From Azolla caroliniana (lineage: Eukaryota; Plantae; Polypodiophyta): a stretch of 64,000 bases of DNA. The DNA lies in NCBI GenBank assembly GCA_043228905.1, contig JBHGNT010000011.1, positions 682,001-746,000 on the forward strand. Direction: 5' to 3'. The notes beneath the pieces were generated by a model. It did no database searches. It was given only the letters and a program-made list of their open reading frames with translations, and was not told the DNA's origin. This document shows positions 1 to 13,673 of this stretch, in pieces; positions within the stretch are counted from its first letter, which is position 1, and each line of letters opens with the position of its first letter. The position numbers and the translations under genes were made by a program.

Positions 1-196
1 TCGATCAATCACCATCAATCAAGAACACCAAAGACAACAAAAGAAACATTAGAACATGAGCTCGGATACCAACTATTAGAGACATGAACTAATGTAAGCA
101 TAAAATAAGGATAAAAGATAGATCTAGATAGAAAGGAGAGAGACAATGAAGGGTGCCGATCCACCCGATCACCCCCGAGCGAAGGGATCGAGACGA

Positions 197-3100
197 TGTC
201 GTAGTGTATTTTGTACACTACATGAAAAACTTATAAAGTAACGTTTTAGTAAATATGAAGAAATAGAAGAAAATATCAAAATAAATAATACATGCATAGG
301 GCAAGATTCAAACCTTGCACCTCCATGTTAATAATGTGAAAGCTTACCATTATACTAGCATTTCATTAGTGTTCAAAAGTAGATGTTCCACATAGAAATC
401 TTAGTTCACCTAGGATAAACACGTATGCTAAAAGAAAAACCTACGCATGCACATCTAGATAAAGCATATAGTCTATCTATAGGAAAAGCATTGAGTCTAT
501 AGTTAGAGAAGAAAAAGCATGGATTGCTAAGACTCCCTCATCACTACATAAGGATGGGGAGCACAATGTAAGGTGTGTGTGAAATATTTGGGAAATTTGA
601 TATATTTCCTAAAACACCAATTAATAAAATATATTCGTGGGATTCACGAAGTTTTATATAATCTACTCTTTCAATCTATGCTAAATTGTTATTAGGATTC
701 TAAATATTAATAAATCTAATTATATATACTTGTGGGATTCACAAGTTCTTTTATCTCTTTCTTATAATCTATTCATAACTAGACTCGTCTCAAATTCTTC
801 CTCCTCCTAGTCCAAAACCCCAGTGGTTCCCACCCGACTCACGCAACGATTTGGCGCCGAAAGGCACGACACAAGTGGTGAACCCGACGTGAAAGCGGGT
901 GGCAAGGAGATGGAGAATCAACAAGAGGCGATGAGCATAATGATGATGATGATGATTGAGCGGATGCAACAAGAGCAACATGCGATGTCGGAGATGAAGT
1001 CGGCAGTAGAGCGGCTTGTGCAACGAAACGGGCAATTCAACGGAAATGATGTGTCACGTTATCTACGTGACTACAAGGCGGAGATGATGCGATGTGGGAT
1101 ACCGGAAGGATTGCAAGTGATATCCTTCAGCCGGGTAGCCACAGATGGGTTATAAGAGAGAATCTACAAGATACGGCAACAAAACCCAACATGGGGGTCC
1201 TTTGAAGAAGCTTGACGAGAGGCATATGATTACGATAGACCGAAAGGACGAGATCGGCGAGAGTTCGATGAATGGGTGGCATCGGAGAAGACCCACCGAA
1301 GTGCAACATAAGCATTCCTAGAGTTCGAGCATCGTTTTGCTCGACTCTCGGAGCGGGAACAAAGATTGTTGGGGGAGGATAAAGTCCTAATGTTCGTAAG
1401 ATCGATCGATCAAAAAGAAAGGATGGACATCGGGATCCAACTCGAAGATGATGACGGTGCAAATGGCCTTACCGAGGATTGGGCTGAAGTCGAAAGAGTA
1501 TGCCGAAGACACGATAAGTGGAAGATGAGAATATCGTCGGCAACAACATGGCCTATAAGGGATGATCGATTAAGGATGAACGATGTGGCTGATACGAAGG
1601 CCGAAATACAATATGATGGTACCACGGGAGAGAGTGTGGAACAAGTCACCCTCTCGTCTTGTGAAAGAACGACGGCCAAGGATAAGGTTGATGACTTGAG
1701 AGTGGCGAACACCACTTCAAGAACGGAAGAAGGTTTCGGAATACAAGTATCCGAAACATCGGGTGAAAAAGGGGTAAGCATAATCGATGCTTGCATGATC
1801 GAGGGAGATAAAGAGTGCGAGGCAGAATTAATTGAGGAGTCGCCATGAAAGATGACATCGAATCGGAGGTGGCTATGGACGAAGCGGATGGCCGTATGAA
1901 GACTTTCCCACCACTAGTTCTAGAGACTTCGGCAGTTGCGTTCGAAAAACAACGTGAGACCGAAGAGATGGAAGATGGTGGAGAGAAAACAAAGTTTGAA
2001 TCCGATGCATACGACGGAGAGATAGCCAAGGAGGTGGCTATGGATGAAACAACGGAGAACGATAATACCGAGGATTCTTGCCCACTAATCCTAGAGACTT
2101 CGGCGGTTGTGTTCGAGAAGCAACGTGAGACCGGAGAGACGGGAGGTGGCGGCAAGAAAGGTAAAGTCGGAAGTTGGTTCGAATGGAAGATGATCCGGGC
2201 GGAATTCTAATCCGAAAGAAAGCCGACCCGAAAGGGGGTCGACTCGGTCAAAACCGATCCACCGAGTCCGATTCGGCCGAACGCGAATACGGATGGAAGC
2301 CGACCTAGCCGATAGCCGATCGAACGAGACCGATCCGGAAAAAAGCTAATCCGACTCAATCGGAGGTTGAACCGGTTGAGGCCGGTGAACACGAGGAAAA
2401 GAAAGCCAACCGAAACCGAAACCGATAGATCGAACCCGACCCGGACGGGGGCCGACTCGGTCGAAACCGATCAACCGAGTCTGATTCGGCCGAATATGAA
2501 TCCGATCGGAAGCCGATCCAACCAAAAACCGATCAGACGAGACCGATCTGGAAAGAATGTAATCCAACTCAAATGGAGGTCGAAGCAATTGAGATCGGTG
2601 AACAAGAGGAAGACGCCAAACAAGCACACTACCACATAAGACAAGGGCCAAACGGATTTGAAGGGTGTTACCAAGGATGAGATCTCGACAAAGGAGGGCT
2701 ATAACATGAAGATTGTCAACTCTAACGCGAGATTATATGACAAAAGTGGACAATGTGGGAAGCATGGCACATGCACAAGACATGAAGGGTTATGCACAAG
2801 AGGATCACGAGGAGCCGTGACAACCGGCCATGGCCTTGCAAACACTGAACTAAGAATATGGTGGATCGGATGGCGACAATGGTTCGGGTGGAAAGAATGG
2901 ATATGCTCAAAATGGAGAGACAAAGTTAACATGGCGAGAGAAACTAAGGGTACAACAAGTAATGAAGAATTACGAGGGCCGGTAACCAGAGACCGGACAG
3001 AGCCAACAACCAAACAAAATTGGAAACCGGGCGGAGCCGGCAACCAAAAACCGGCGACCAAACGGGGCTGGCAACTAAACACGACCGGCGACGAAACCAA

Positions 3101-3938
3101 CTGGGCGGAGAACGGACGGACGAGACTAACAATCACTAACAACTTCGACACATACCAGAGGATGTGCGGGTTCGGAGGGGGCGAGTGTCGTAGTGTATTT
3201 TGTACACTACATGAAAAACTTATAAAGTAACGTTTTAGTAAATATGAAGAAATAAAAGAAAATGTCAAATAAATAATACATGCATAGGGCAAGATTCAAA
3301 CCTTGCACCTCCATGTTAATAATGTGAAACCTTACCATTACACTAACATTTCATTAGTGTTCAAAAGTAGATGTTCCACATAGAAAGCTTAGTTCACCTA
3401 GGATAAACTTTACTTAAAAGAAAACGTATGCTAAAAGAAAAACCTACGCATGCACATCTAGCGTGCATGAACGCTATAGTTGATAATAAAAAACGCACAA
3501 GTTAGAAAAAACATGATCACTTTAGATAAAGCATATAGTCTATCTATAGGAAAAGCATGGAGTCTATAGTTAGAGAAGAAAAAGCATGGATTGCTTAGAC
3601 TCCCTCATCACTACATAAGGATGGGGAGCACAATGTAAGGTGTGTGTGAAATATTTGGGAAATTGGATATATTTCCTAAAACACCAATTAATAAAATATA
3701 TTCGTGGGATTCACGAAGTTTTATATAATCTACTCTTTCAATCTATGCTAAATTGTTATTAGGATTCTAAATATTAATAAATCTAATTATATATACTTGT
3801 GGGATTCACAAGTTCTTTTATCTCTTTCTTATAATCTATTCATAACTAGACTCGTCTCAAATTCTTCCTCCTCCTAGTCCAAAACCCCAGTGGTTCCCAC
3901 CCGACTCACGCAACGATTTGGCGCTGAAAGGCATGACA
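197..3938 (+). mobile_element. Non-autonomous gag-only LTR retrotransposon (LTRs 197-871 and 3186-3938), tRNA-Trp PBS
   Basis: Near-identical TGTCG...GACA direct repeats. PBS TGGTGAACCCGACGTGAA at 876-893 and purine tract at 3174-3185. Degenerate TSD ACGA/ATGGA versus host LTR ACGGA at 53409. Decayed gag (FNGNDVSRYLRDY...PTWGSFEEA) with stops at 823-1560. No protease, RT or integrase motifs seen. Confidence 0.85.
1862..2620 (+). repeat. Internal tandem duplications of the gag-only element (~165-bp and ~213-bp units)
   Basis: GGAGGTGGCTATGGA...CTAGAGACTTCGGC at 1865 and 2030. GACTCGGTC...CGATTCGGCCGAA at 2241 and 2454. Confidence 0.75.
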
Positions 3939-4274
3939 ATGGACTCGATCCTCGATCGTCGTCCCATACCACTGCCGTGGCGTTGAGTCGTACCTGGTGC
4001 TGGCGCGCTTGCTACAACAGTTGACCCACCACAAGAACAGAGTCTCGACGTAGTCAAAAGATGATAAAATAAGGGTAGCTAGGCCTCTTATTTATAACGA
4101 TACCCAAGGCCCCCAGGCAAGTTTAGACTTGGCTTAATGGGTTGTCTCAATCCCGAGGATTAAAAGTAATCCTCCCCTTCTTTACACTCTCGTTTAACCC
4201 TCACACTTATCCACGTGTATAGAATACTACGGTAAATTCTCACCACGAGATATTATATGGGCATGCCCGTAACT

Positions 4275-5204
4275 TCGACACTCCCCATGACTAGGACGCC
4301 CACCGATTACGTTTACCAGCATCGATAGTTGACACAGACGATCTACTGCTGCTTGCACCTCCGTAGGCATGGTTACATTGACGACCAAATTTGCAACAAG
4401 ATTAATAACGAAGGGGAGTTCATTGGAATCCCTTCTTGACGTCATCGCGACTGTCGCCTCAACCATCGTCTTCTCTGAATTTAATTTACTCTAACCAATA
4501 AGAAAGATTTGTGCAGGAAACATTTTGGAAGGAGTCAATACCTTATTCCATAGTTAGTTAGTTACATCATGCAGTAGCCATAACTAATTAACTATTAAAA
4601 ATTAATAAGCTTTTTACATTACCATAGCTAGTAGCCACAACTTGCTAACTAAGAAGGAAAATACATTATTCAATAACTAATTAACTATATGAGCTAGTAA
4701 TTATAGCTAATTAGCTACAAAAAATTGATAAGCTACTTACATTACCATAACAACTCGCCCCAACTCACTAGCTAAGAAGGAACATACATTACTCAACAAC
4801 TAATGAACTACACGAGGTAGTAGCCATAGCTAAATCACTACAGAAAACTAATAAGCTACTTCAGCTAGTTGTAGCTAAATAGCTACTAATAACTTTAACT
4901 AGTTACACTACATCAACTTTTATTCATGGCTAATTAGCTATAGGTAAATAGCTATTAATAACTATAACTAGTTACACTACATAAACTTTCATTCAAAGCT
5001 AATTAGCTACAATAGTTAATAGCTATAGGTAACTAACTACTAATAACTATAACTAGTTACACTACATCAACTTTTATTCAGAGCTAATGAGCTACAACGA
5101 TTAGTAGCTATAGTGAAATAGTTGCAAATAAATATAACTAGTTACACTACATCAACTTTTATTCAGAGCTAATTAACTACAATAGTTAGTAGTTCTAGCT
5201 AAAT
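4275..5204. repeat. Duplicated AT-rich segment with TAGCTA/TAACTA sub-repeats, paralogous to 24795-25850
   Basis: Direct sequence match to 24795-25850, with a deletion at ~4540 relative to that copy. Confidence 0.8.
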
Positions 5205-5847
5205 TGTGTGGAAATAACGTTCGGCCACAACCGAGTCTTCAGCAAGGAATGGAAGAGAACAAACTGAGACAGAGATGACATAGGATGTTAACGTGGAAAA
5301 CCCTAAATGGGAAAAACCACGGGAGCCCACAGACTCCAAATATCACTATGAGGGGGGGAATACAATGTGAGACTCAGATGCAACGACCTCGAGCTCTATG
5401 TCTTTGCCAAACCGACGGTTACAACAGAAAACTAGTTTTGTATCTCTCTCTCGCACTCAGTCTCTGTGTCTCTAACAATATACAACAACACCATATTCAG
5501 TGATTGCCCTAAGTCATATTTATACTTATATGACTTTAGGACTATTTACAAATATAGCCTTGATGGGCTCACCATGAAACATATTTACACATATGTTCTT
5601 GGATTCGGTTTGCACCGGATCCATCCGAATTCACTCAGTTCGGTTTCCGGGTCTCATCCGAAACCCTTCCGAATCTGGTTCCTTCATCCGGAGCATAGTT
5701 CTAGCCATACGTCCCATTCGTGTCATAATCAAACGCCAATATTCGTATCATACTCATACGTGAAAAGGCTCCAAGTATGATTGAAATCCATACACGATAC
5801 ATAGATATATACATATGGTGTATATGGTGTACATAGTGTGTGTGTGA

Positions 5848-5898
<51 letters not shown>

Positions 5899-5970
5899 TG
5901 TGTGGTCTAGAGAGAGAAGCCCCATTTTGCATGTGTGAGGAGATAGTGGTTGAGTGTATATCTAGACTCT

Positions 5971-6001
<31 letters not shown>

Positions 6002-9000
6002 CTATGGGTTTTGTCTGTGTGAGGGAGTGTGTAATATGTATATTAGATATCTAGATTTTGTAGAGAGAGAATATCTGTCAGTTCTCGTGTGTGAGAGAGA
6101 GAGTGTGTGTGTGAGAGACATCACTTCTATAATCTACTCACAAAGAATTATGAATATCAAAAATTTTAAAAACCCAAAAAAAGTCAAAAAAGAAAAGAAA
6201 AAGCCAAATGAATATCATGTATCATACGCGTACGTTTGCAAACGTTCGTGTATGTCCAGTAAATTGGACGTACGCGAATATTAGGAACTATGATCCAGAG
6301 GGACCGAATTCCCAACAAACTCCCCCTTCACTACAGCATGGGATTTCTCGTTAATCCGATCCGTCTTCGGCACGTGTCCAACTTGTCGGTTGAAAGCACC
6401 TTGGTCAACATATCCGATCTGTTCTCCTTCGTGTGGATCTTCATCAGCACGAAGTCTTGATCTTTTACCTTCTCCCGGAGCTAGTGATATCTCCTCTGGA
6501 TGTGCTTGGTCCGAAAATGGTAGGCCGCATTCTTCACAAGGTGGATGGCACTTTGACTGTCGCAATAGAGCCGATATTCCTCATGTCGGATCCCTAGCTC
6601 TTCGATGAAGTCCATCCAGATTACTTCCTTGTCAGCTTCCACAACTGCCATGTACTCCGCTTCCGTTCTCAATAGTGCCACGGACTTCTGCAGCCTCGAC
6701 TACCACGATATGGCTCCCCCTACATAAGTCATGAAATATCCGGATCTAGACCGGTTGGTATTCGCATCGGCCGACATATCCGAATTTGTGAATCCGTCAA
6801 GTTGGGGTTTACTAGAGCCAAACCGAAGGCACATACTCCAGGTTCCTTTCAGATACCAGAGTATCCACTTGACTGTGTTCCAGTGTTCTCTTCCCAGATT
6901 GCTCATGAACTGGATGACTACTCCGACAACATATGCAATATTCGGCCGGGTGCACACCATTGCGTACATTAAGCTTCCGACAGCAGAGGCATATGATATC
7001 TTCATCATATCTGACTTCTTTCCCTTTGTCTCCAGGCTTTGCTTTCCGGACAACTTGCAATTTGTCGGAAGTGTCGATCCGACCGGTTTCGCCTCCGACA
7101 TGTTGAACCTTTGAAGCACCTTTGTCACGTACTTCTCCTGTGACAACCACAACAGCTTCTCTGACCGGTCTCAGATGATGTGCATCCCTAAGATTTGTCT
7201 TGCCGGACCCAAATCTTTCATGGAGAAGGTTTGGCTTAGAGCCTTCTTCAGCGTTCAGATCTTGATTTGGTCTCGTCCGACGATCAACATGTCGTCCACA
7301 TAAAGCACGAGTATTAGGAAGTCACCTCCGTCAAATTTCTTCACAAACATGCAATGGTCCGCTTGCGTCTTGTGGTACCCTTGGTTGGTCATGAAGGAGT
7401 CGAACTTCCGGTACCATTACCGGGGGGCTTGCTTCAATCCGTATAAGCTCTTCTTTAGCTGGCATACCAGGTGCTCCTTCCCTTTCCTCTCAAATCCTTC
7501 CGCTTGATGCATGTAGATCTCTTCTTTGAGGTCACCATGTAGAAATGTTGTCTTGACGTCCAGTTGCTCTACCTCGAGGTCCATGCTTGCCGCTATGCTC
7601 AATAACGTCCGAATGGATGTCATCTTTACTACTGGGGCAAAGATCTCATCGAAATCCACACCTTTCTTATGCTGGAAACCCTTCACCATGATCCAGGCCT
7701 TGTACCTCGGTGGATTTCTGGCTTCTCTCGGTTTCAGCTTGTACACCCACTTATTCGAAGTGCTCTCTTTCCTTTCGGCAGCTTCGTCAATTCATATGTG
7801 GGGTTCTCTTGCAAGGAATCCATCTCGTCTTGCATGGCATTTAACCACTTGTGGTTGTGGGTGTCTTTCTTTGTTTCTTCGAAGCTTTCTTGCTCCCCCT
7901 CATCGGTCAACAATATGTGCCCTGCATCCAGAAATCTCCGGGGGGCTTTTCTCTACCTGAGAGGGTATCTTCGCCTTTGGTCTTCAACTACTAGTTCCTC
8001 CGTTTGTTCTTCATCCGAATCTGATTCGGGGTCTTATCTGGTTCTAGTGTCTCCTTCTTCTTCTTCTTCTTCCGTCGGTTCAGTTTCTTGTCTGAATCCA
8101 ACTGGTTCATTGAGTGTCATCCGGCTTCCGGCCGGATGGGTCCTCAACTCCTTCAACTGATCTTTGCATGTCGACCCGGAATTCATTATCTTTTTCTCCA
8201 ACTCCTAGTCGGCAATGGTCTTATCCTCCATGAAGATAATGTCCCGACTCCGGAATACCTTCTTGTCAACCAAATCCCACACCCGGTAACCGAACTCATC
8301 ATCGTCGTATCCAAGGAATATGCATGGCCTGGACTTTGGATCCAGCTTTGCTCTCTTGTCCTTTGCAACATGCACATATGCGAGACACCCGAACACCTTC
8401 AGATGCCGGTAAGACACGTCTTTACCGGTCCATATTATTTGTGGCGTGTCTCCTTCCAAGGGTATCGAGGGTGACATGTTAATCACGTACATTGTTGTCA
8501 TCAACGCCTCAACCCAAAACATTTTGGGTAACTTTGCATCTGCTAGCATGCTTCTGACTCTCTCCATTATTGTTTGGTTCATCCGTTCAGCCAACCCGTT
8601 CAATTCTGGTGTCTTCGGCACGGTAAATTCAGGCGAGATTCCCTTCGATTGACAATACTCCTCGAACTGCCCCCGATACTCTCCTCTGTTATCTGCTTGA
8701 ACCGCTTTAAGCTTCCGATTGGTTTCTCTTTCCACTCTCGCATGGAGCTCCTTGAAGGACAACACCTGATCCTTCGTCTTCAACGGTGAGACCCACAACT
8801 TCCAGTTGTGGTCATCTATGAACATCACGAAGTACTGCGATCCGGCATGTGAATTTGTGTCCACTTGACACACATCGGTATGCACCAACTCCAGTGGTGC
8901 ATTCTGTCTCATCGGTGGTCTTGACGGGAAGGAGGTTCGGTTTTGCTTGCCGGCCAAGCAGTCGATGCACTTCTCAAGTTGCGCGTCCTTCACCAGAATG

Positions 9001-10785
9001 AGATTGACTTTGGCAATTCTCTTCATCCCCTTCTGATTCATGTGACACAACCTCTTGCGCCACAACTCATCGGCAATGATTGATGCTACGTTCACTTTTT
9101 CCTGGCATATTCGGGCATGCATCAGGTTCAATGTGTTGATCTTCCGGGCTCGAGCCACAGTCAAGCTTCCTTTGCTGAATTTCATGATTCCGTTTCGAAT
9201 GTTACCCGTGTAGCCTTCATCATCTAGCCGATCGGCTGATATCAGGTTCAACCAAACCTCCGGAACATGTCAGACTTCTTTCAACAACAATTTGCATCTG
9301 GTTGATGTCGTCAACAACACATCTCTTATGCCGACAATTCAACATGTACCTTCATTCCCTATCTAGACACAACTGTGATCTACAACTATGTAGCGTGAGA
9401 AGCATTTCCGGTCCAGTGTCAGGTGGAACGATGCTCTGGAATCGACAACCCACGTTGTCTCGTCACCGACAAGGTTTAACTCATTCTCCTCGGTAATGAG
9501 CATCAATTCTTCTTCACTTGTCGTGATCGCCGACGTTCCCTTCCGATCTGAGCCTTTCCGGTCTGAACCCTTCTTCGACTCGGCATCGTCGGTTCCTTTC
9601 TCTTTCCGAAAATGTTGACAGTTTTTCTGGAAGTGCCCTGGCTTCCCACAATAGAAGCAAGTAGGCCTTCCCCTTGACTTCGACCGCATTGTCTTGGTTT
9701 TGGGGACTCCGATACCGGCCTCTTCCCCGGTAATGGTCATCTTCCATGACAAAGGCCTTCAAATCGGTTCTGGACTCCCGGTCCTCCGGCGAGCTTCTTC
9801 ATCTACCAAGCTTGATTTTACCCTTGCTAGGGACAACTGTTTTCCTTCCGGCCTAGTGTTGCCTAAAGTGACAACTAGCGTTTCCCAACTATCCGGGAGG
9901 GAGCCGAGTAGGAGCAATGCAATTACCTGGTTGGTTAGAGGTACTTCGAGCAAAGTTGTTTGGCTTATGAGCCCCTAAAATGCATTCATGTGCTCCGCCA
10001 TGCTAGATCCGTCCTAGTACCGGAGTCTCACTAACTTCTGGAATTCTGAAACCCGATTTACGACGTTTTTACTCTCCAACATGGTGCCGATTTTCTCCTA
10101 GAGCACATGAGCTTTACTTTCTTCATTGAAGTTGTTATATAGGCTCATGACGATGAAGCACATGTGCATCACCTCCCATGTCGTGGCATCAATCTTGTTC
10201 AGTTTCTTGTCCCCGAACTATACCGATAGCCAGAGATCTTTGACCACGAGCATGTCCCTCATCTTCGACTTCCACACTAGGTAGTTGGAGCCGATGAGCT
10301 TGAACATGCCTCCGAATGATTCTTCCATTTCCTTTGTTGGCTCTGATACCATATTGTGCAGAAATAACACTCGACCACAACTGAATCTTCAATAAGGAAT
10401 GGAAGAGAACAAACTGAGACAGAGATGACACGGGATGTTAACGTGGAAAACCCTAAATGGGAAAAACCACGGGAGCCCACAGACTCCAACTATCACTATG
10501 AAGGGAGGATTACAATGTGAGACTCAAAGGCAACGACCTTGAGCTCTATGTCTTCGCCAAACCGGCGGTTACAACAGAAAACTAGTTCTGTATCTCTCTC
10601 TCTCTCTCTCTGTCACTCTCTGTATCTCTAACAATATACAACAACATCATATTCAATGATTGCCCTAAGTCATATTTATACTTATATGACTTTAGGGATA
10701 TTTACACATATGTTCTTGGATCCGGTTTGCACCAGATTCACTCGATCCGGTTTTCGAGTCTCATCCGGAACCCTTCTGGATTCGG
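5205..10785 (-). mobile_element. Decayed Ty1/copia retrotransposon (3' LTR 5205-6317 with a MITE inside; truncated 5' LTR 10355-~10785)
   Basis: iMet PBS GCTCTGATACCA at 10340-10351 and PPT at 6319-6327. Minus-strand gag (LLLLGSLPDSWE), zinc knuckle CFYCGKPGHFQKNC, integrase (LELVHTDVC...ELNGLAERMN), RT (YGLKQAPR) and RNase H (YCDSQSAIHL) fragments with stops and frameshifts. Confidence 0.93.
5694..6292. mobile_element. hAT-type MITE with (GA)n/(GT)n tracts inserted in the Copia 3' LTR
   Basis: TIRs CATAGTTCTA...TAGGAACTATG. 8-bp TSD ATCCGGAG (5686-5693) / ATCCAGAG (6293-6300). Confidence 0.85.
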
Positions 10786-11746
10786 CGTCGTGAAGATTCT
10801 GGGCAATGGTGAGAAACCGGGGAATATCGGAAGAATCGGCAGAGTGCATCATGTGCACTTACCCTTGTAAAAATGTGTGAATAATATGGTTGCCTTTATC
10901 TTGGTCTTCATCTTCTCTTATTCCCTTAGGGTCTATACTTTGGTCTTCACTCTATTTCGTTTTAGGGTTTCATCTTGGTAGCTTTCTCCTTCTTCTTACT
11001 TTCTTGTTTTCAGTTAGGGTTCTTCGACTTCTTCTTCTCCTTCGTGTCTGTTTAGGGTCTAGCTCTGTGAAGAGCTTGTATGTTCAGTGGGGTTTGCTTC
11101 TGCTCGGTCTCTTGTGCAAGACCCCGCTCGGCGCGACGAGCCCGAGAGCTCCCCGATAGGCGGCTTGGCAGCAGGCGGCTGTTGCAACCTAACCTAGCTT
11201 GGTCCGGCTCGAAGCCGGTATTGTATCTCGCACTTGTATTTATATATATATATAAAAGGTTGTGCGTATTTGTATCTAGGTTGGTGTCGGGTGCATTTCT
11301 TTCCTTTTGTTTCCTGTACATAAGAGGTGTGTGTTGAGTCGGTACTGTGCACGTGGTCTCTCTCTTTTTCTTCCTCTCTCGTGTTCGGTAGCCGCCGGTA
11401 CACGTCCGGAATAACTCTGGGATGCGCCACAACCAGTGCGGCCGGGATTGGAAATAAGTCATCAACGAATCCATTGTCTAACTTCAAATTACAATTCTCG
11501 TGAAGATAATTCATTATTAAAATTTATCAAAATGAAACCATTATCTTATTTCCTTGTAACTAACATCCTGGACATCATGGTTTATCAACAACGTGACAAT
11601 ATGCCAATAAGAGGAACCCGTGATCCATTTCCTTGTAAAACCCCACATAGCAAGACAAAACAATAAGTCGACAATGAATCCATTGTCTAACTTCAAATTA
11701 GAATTCTCTCGAAGGTAATTCATTATTAAGAATTTATCAAAACCAA

Positions 11747-11819
11747 GCGCTTGTGGCCTAATGGATAAGGCACTTGACTTCTAATCAAGGGATTGTGGGT
11801 TCGAGTCCCACCAGGCGTG
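11747..11819 (+). tRNA. trnR: tRNA-Arg (anticodon TCT), copy 1
   Basis: 73-nt cloverleaf: D arm GCCT/AGGC, anticodon stem CTTGA/TCAAG with loop CTTCTAA, T arm GTGGG-TTCGAGT-CCCAC. U5:G68 wobble in the acceptor stem. Confidence 0.9.
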
Positions 11820-12423
11820 CGATACGAAAAAGAAACACCATGATGCACACTAAGACTAAACAATAACGCAATATCGAATTCGTATTCCTTGCAAGGTACC
11901 TCGCACATAACGATGGTTATCCAAACCAAGCACTTCTTGACATCTAAAGAAGGGATTTTGGGTTAGGGTTTGAGTCCTACCACACGTGCAACATATAGAT
12001 GAGGAAACCGTGATCGTATTTCCTTGTAACTAACATCCTGGACATCAAGCTTATCAACAACGTGATAGTATGCCAATAAGAGGAACCCGTGATCCATTTC
12101 CTTGTAAAACCCCACATAGCAAGACAAAACAATAAGTCAACAACGAATCCATTGTCTAACTTCAAATTAGAATTCTCTCAAAGATAATTCATTATTAAAA
12201 TTTATCAAAACGAAACCGTTATCCTATTTCCTTGTAACTAACATCCTGGACATCATGGCTTATCAACAATGTGACAATATGCCAATAAGAGGAACCCGTG
12301 ATCCATTTCCTTGTAAAACCCCACATAGCAAGACAAAACAATAAGTCAACAACGAATCCATGTCTAACTCCAAATTAGAATTCTCTTGAAGGTAATTCAT
12401 TATTAAGAATTTAGCAAAACCAA

Positions 12424-12496
12424 GCGCTTGTGGCCTAATGGATAAGGCACTTGACTTCTAATCAAGGGATTGTGGGTTCGAGTCCCACCAAGCGTG
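12424..12496 (+). tRNA. trnR: tRNA-Arg(TCT), copy 2
   Basis: Intact 73-nt cloverleaf, acceptor GCGCTTG/CAAGCGT. Confidence 0.92.
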
Positions 12497-12982
12497 CGAT
12501 ACAAAGAAGAAACACCATCGTGTCGGGTGCATTTCTTTCCCTTTGTTTCCTGTACATAAGAGGTGTGTGTTGAGTCGGTATTGCGCGCGTGGTCTCTCTC
12601 TTTTTCTTCCTCTCTCGTGTTCGGTAGCCGCCAGTACGCGTCCGGAATAACTCTGGGATGCGCCACAACCAGTGCGGCCGGGATTGGAAATAAGTCATCA
12701 ACGAATCCATTGTCTAACTTCAAATTACAATTCTCGTGAAGATAATTCATTATTAAAATTTATCAAAACGAAACCATTATCTTATTTCCTTGTAACTAAC
12801 ATCCTGGACATCATGGTTTATCAACAACGTGACAATATGCCAATAAGAGGAACCCGTGATCCATTTCCTTGTAAAACCCCACATAGCAAGACAAAACAAT
12901 AAGTCGACAATGAATCCATTGTCTAACTTCAAATTAGAATTCTCTCGAAGGTAATTCATTATTAAGAATTTATCAAAACCAA

Positions 12983-13055
12983 GCGCTTGTGGCCTAATGG
13001 ATAAGGCACTTGACTTCTAATCAAGGGATTGTGGGTTCGAGTCCCACCAAGCGTG
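12983..13055 (+). tRNA. trnR: tRNA-Arg(TCT), copy 3
   Basis: Identical to copy 2. Confidence 0.92.
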
Positions 13056-13165
13056 CGATACGAAGAAGAAACACCATGATGCACATTGAGACTAAACAAT
13101 AACGCAACATCGAATTCGTATTCCTTGCAAGGTACCTCGCACATAACGATGGTTATCCAAACCAA

Positions 13166-13238
13166 GCAGTTGTATTATAATGCATAAGGCACTTGACATC
13201 TAAAGAAGGGATTTTGGGTTTGAGTCCTACCACGCGTG
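13166..13238 (+). pseudogene. Heavily decayed tRNA-Arg relic (similar relics near 11930, 13857, 14548, 15145, 21511)
   Basis: GCAGTTGTATTATAATGCATAAGGCACTTGACATCTAAAGAAGGGATTTTGGGTTTGAGTCCTACCACGCGTG is collinear with the 73-nt tRNA and has the same AAACCAA leader. Confidence 0.8.
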
Positions 13239-13673
13239 CAACATGCAGATGAGGAAACCGTGATCGTATTTCCTTGTAACTAACATCTTGGACATCAAGC
13301 TTATCAACAACGTGATAGTATGCCAATAAGAGGAACCCGTGATCCATTTCCTTGTAAAACCCCACATAGCAAGACAAAACAATAAGTCAACAACGAATCC
13401 ATTGTCTAACTTCAAATTAGAATTCTCTCAAAGATAATTCATTATTAAAATTTATCAAAACGAAACCGTTATCCTATTTCCTTGTAACTAACATCCTGGA
13501 CATCATGGCTTATCAACAATGTGACAATATGCCAATAAGAGGAACCCGTGATCCATTTCCTTGTAAAACCCCACATAGCAAGACAAAACAATAAGTCAAC
13601 AACGAATCCATGTCTAACTCCAAATTAGAATTCTCTTGAAGGTAATTCATTATTAAGAATTTAGCAAAACCAA

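Larger units (their letters stand above)
60..4274 (-). mobile_element. 5' LTR (74-196 + 3939-4274) and tRNA-iMet PBS (60-71) of a Ty3/gypsy chromovirus that continues left of the window; interrupted by a nested element
   Basis: Both halves align with the LTRs at 53286-53744 and 59807-60134. GCTCGGATACCA at 60-71 is the reverse complement of TGGTATCCGAGC (iMet-type PBS). Confidence 0.85.
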
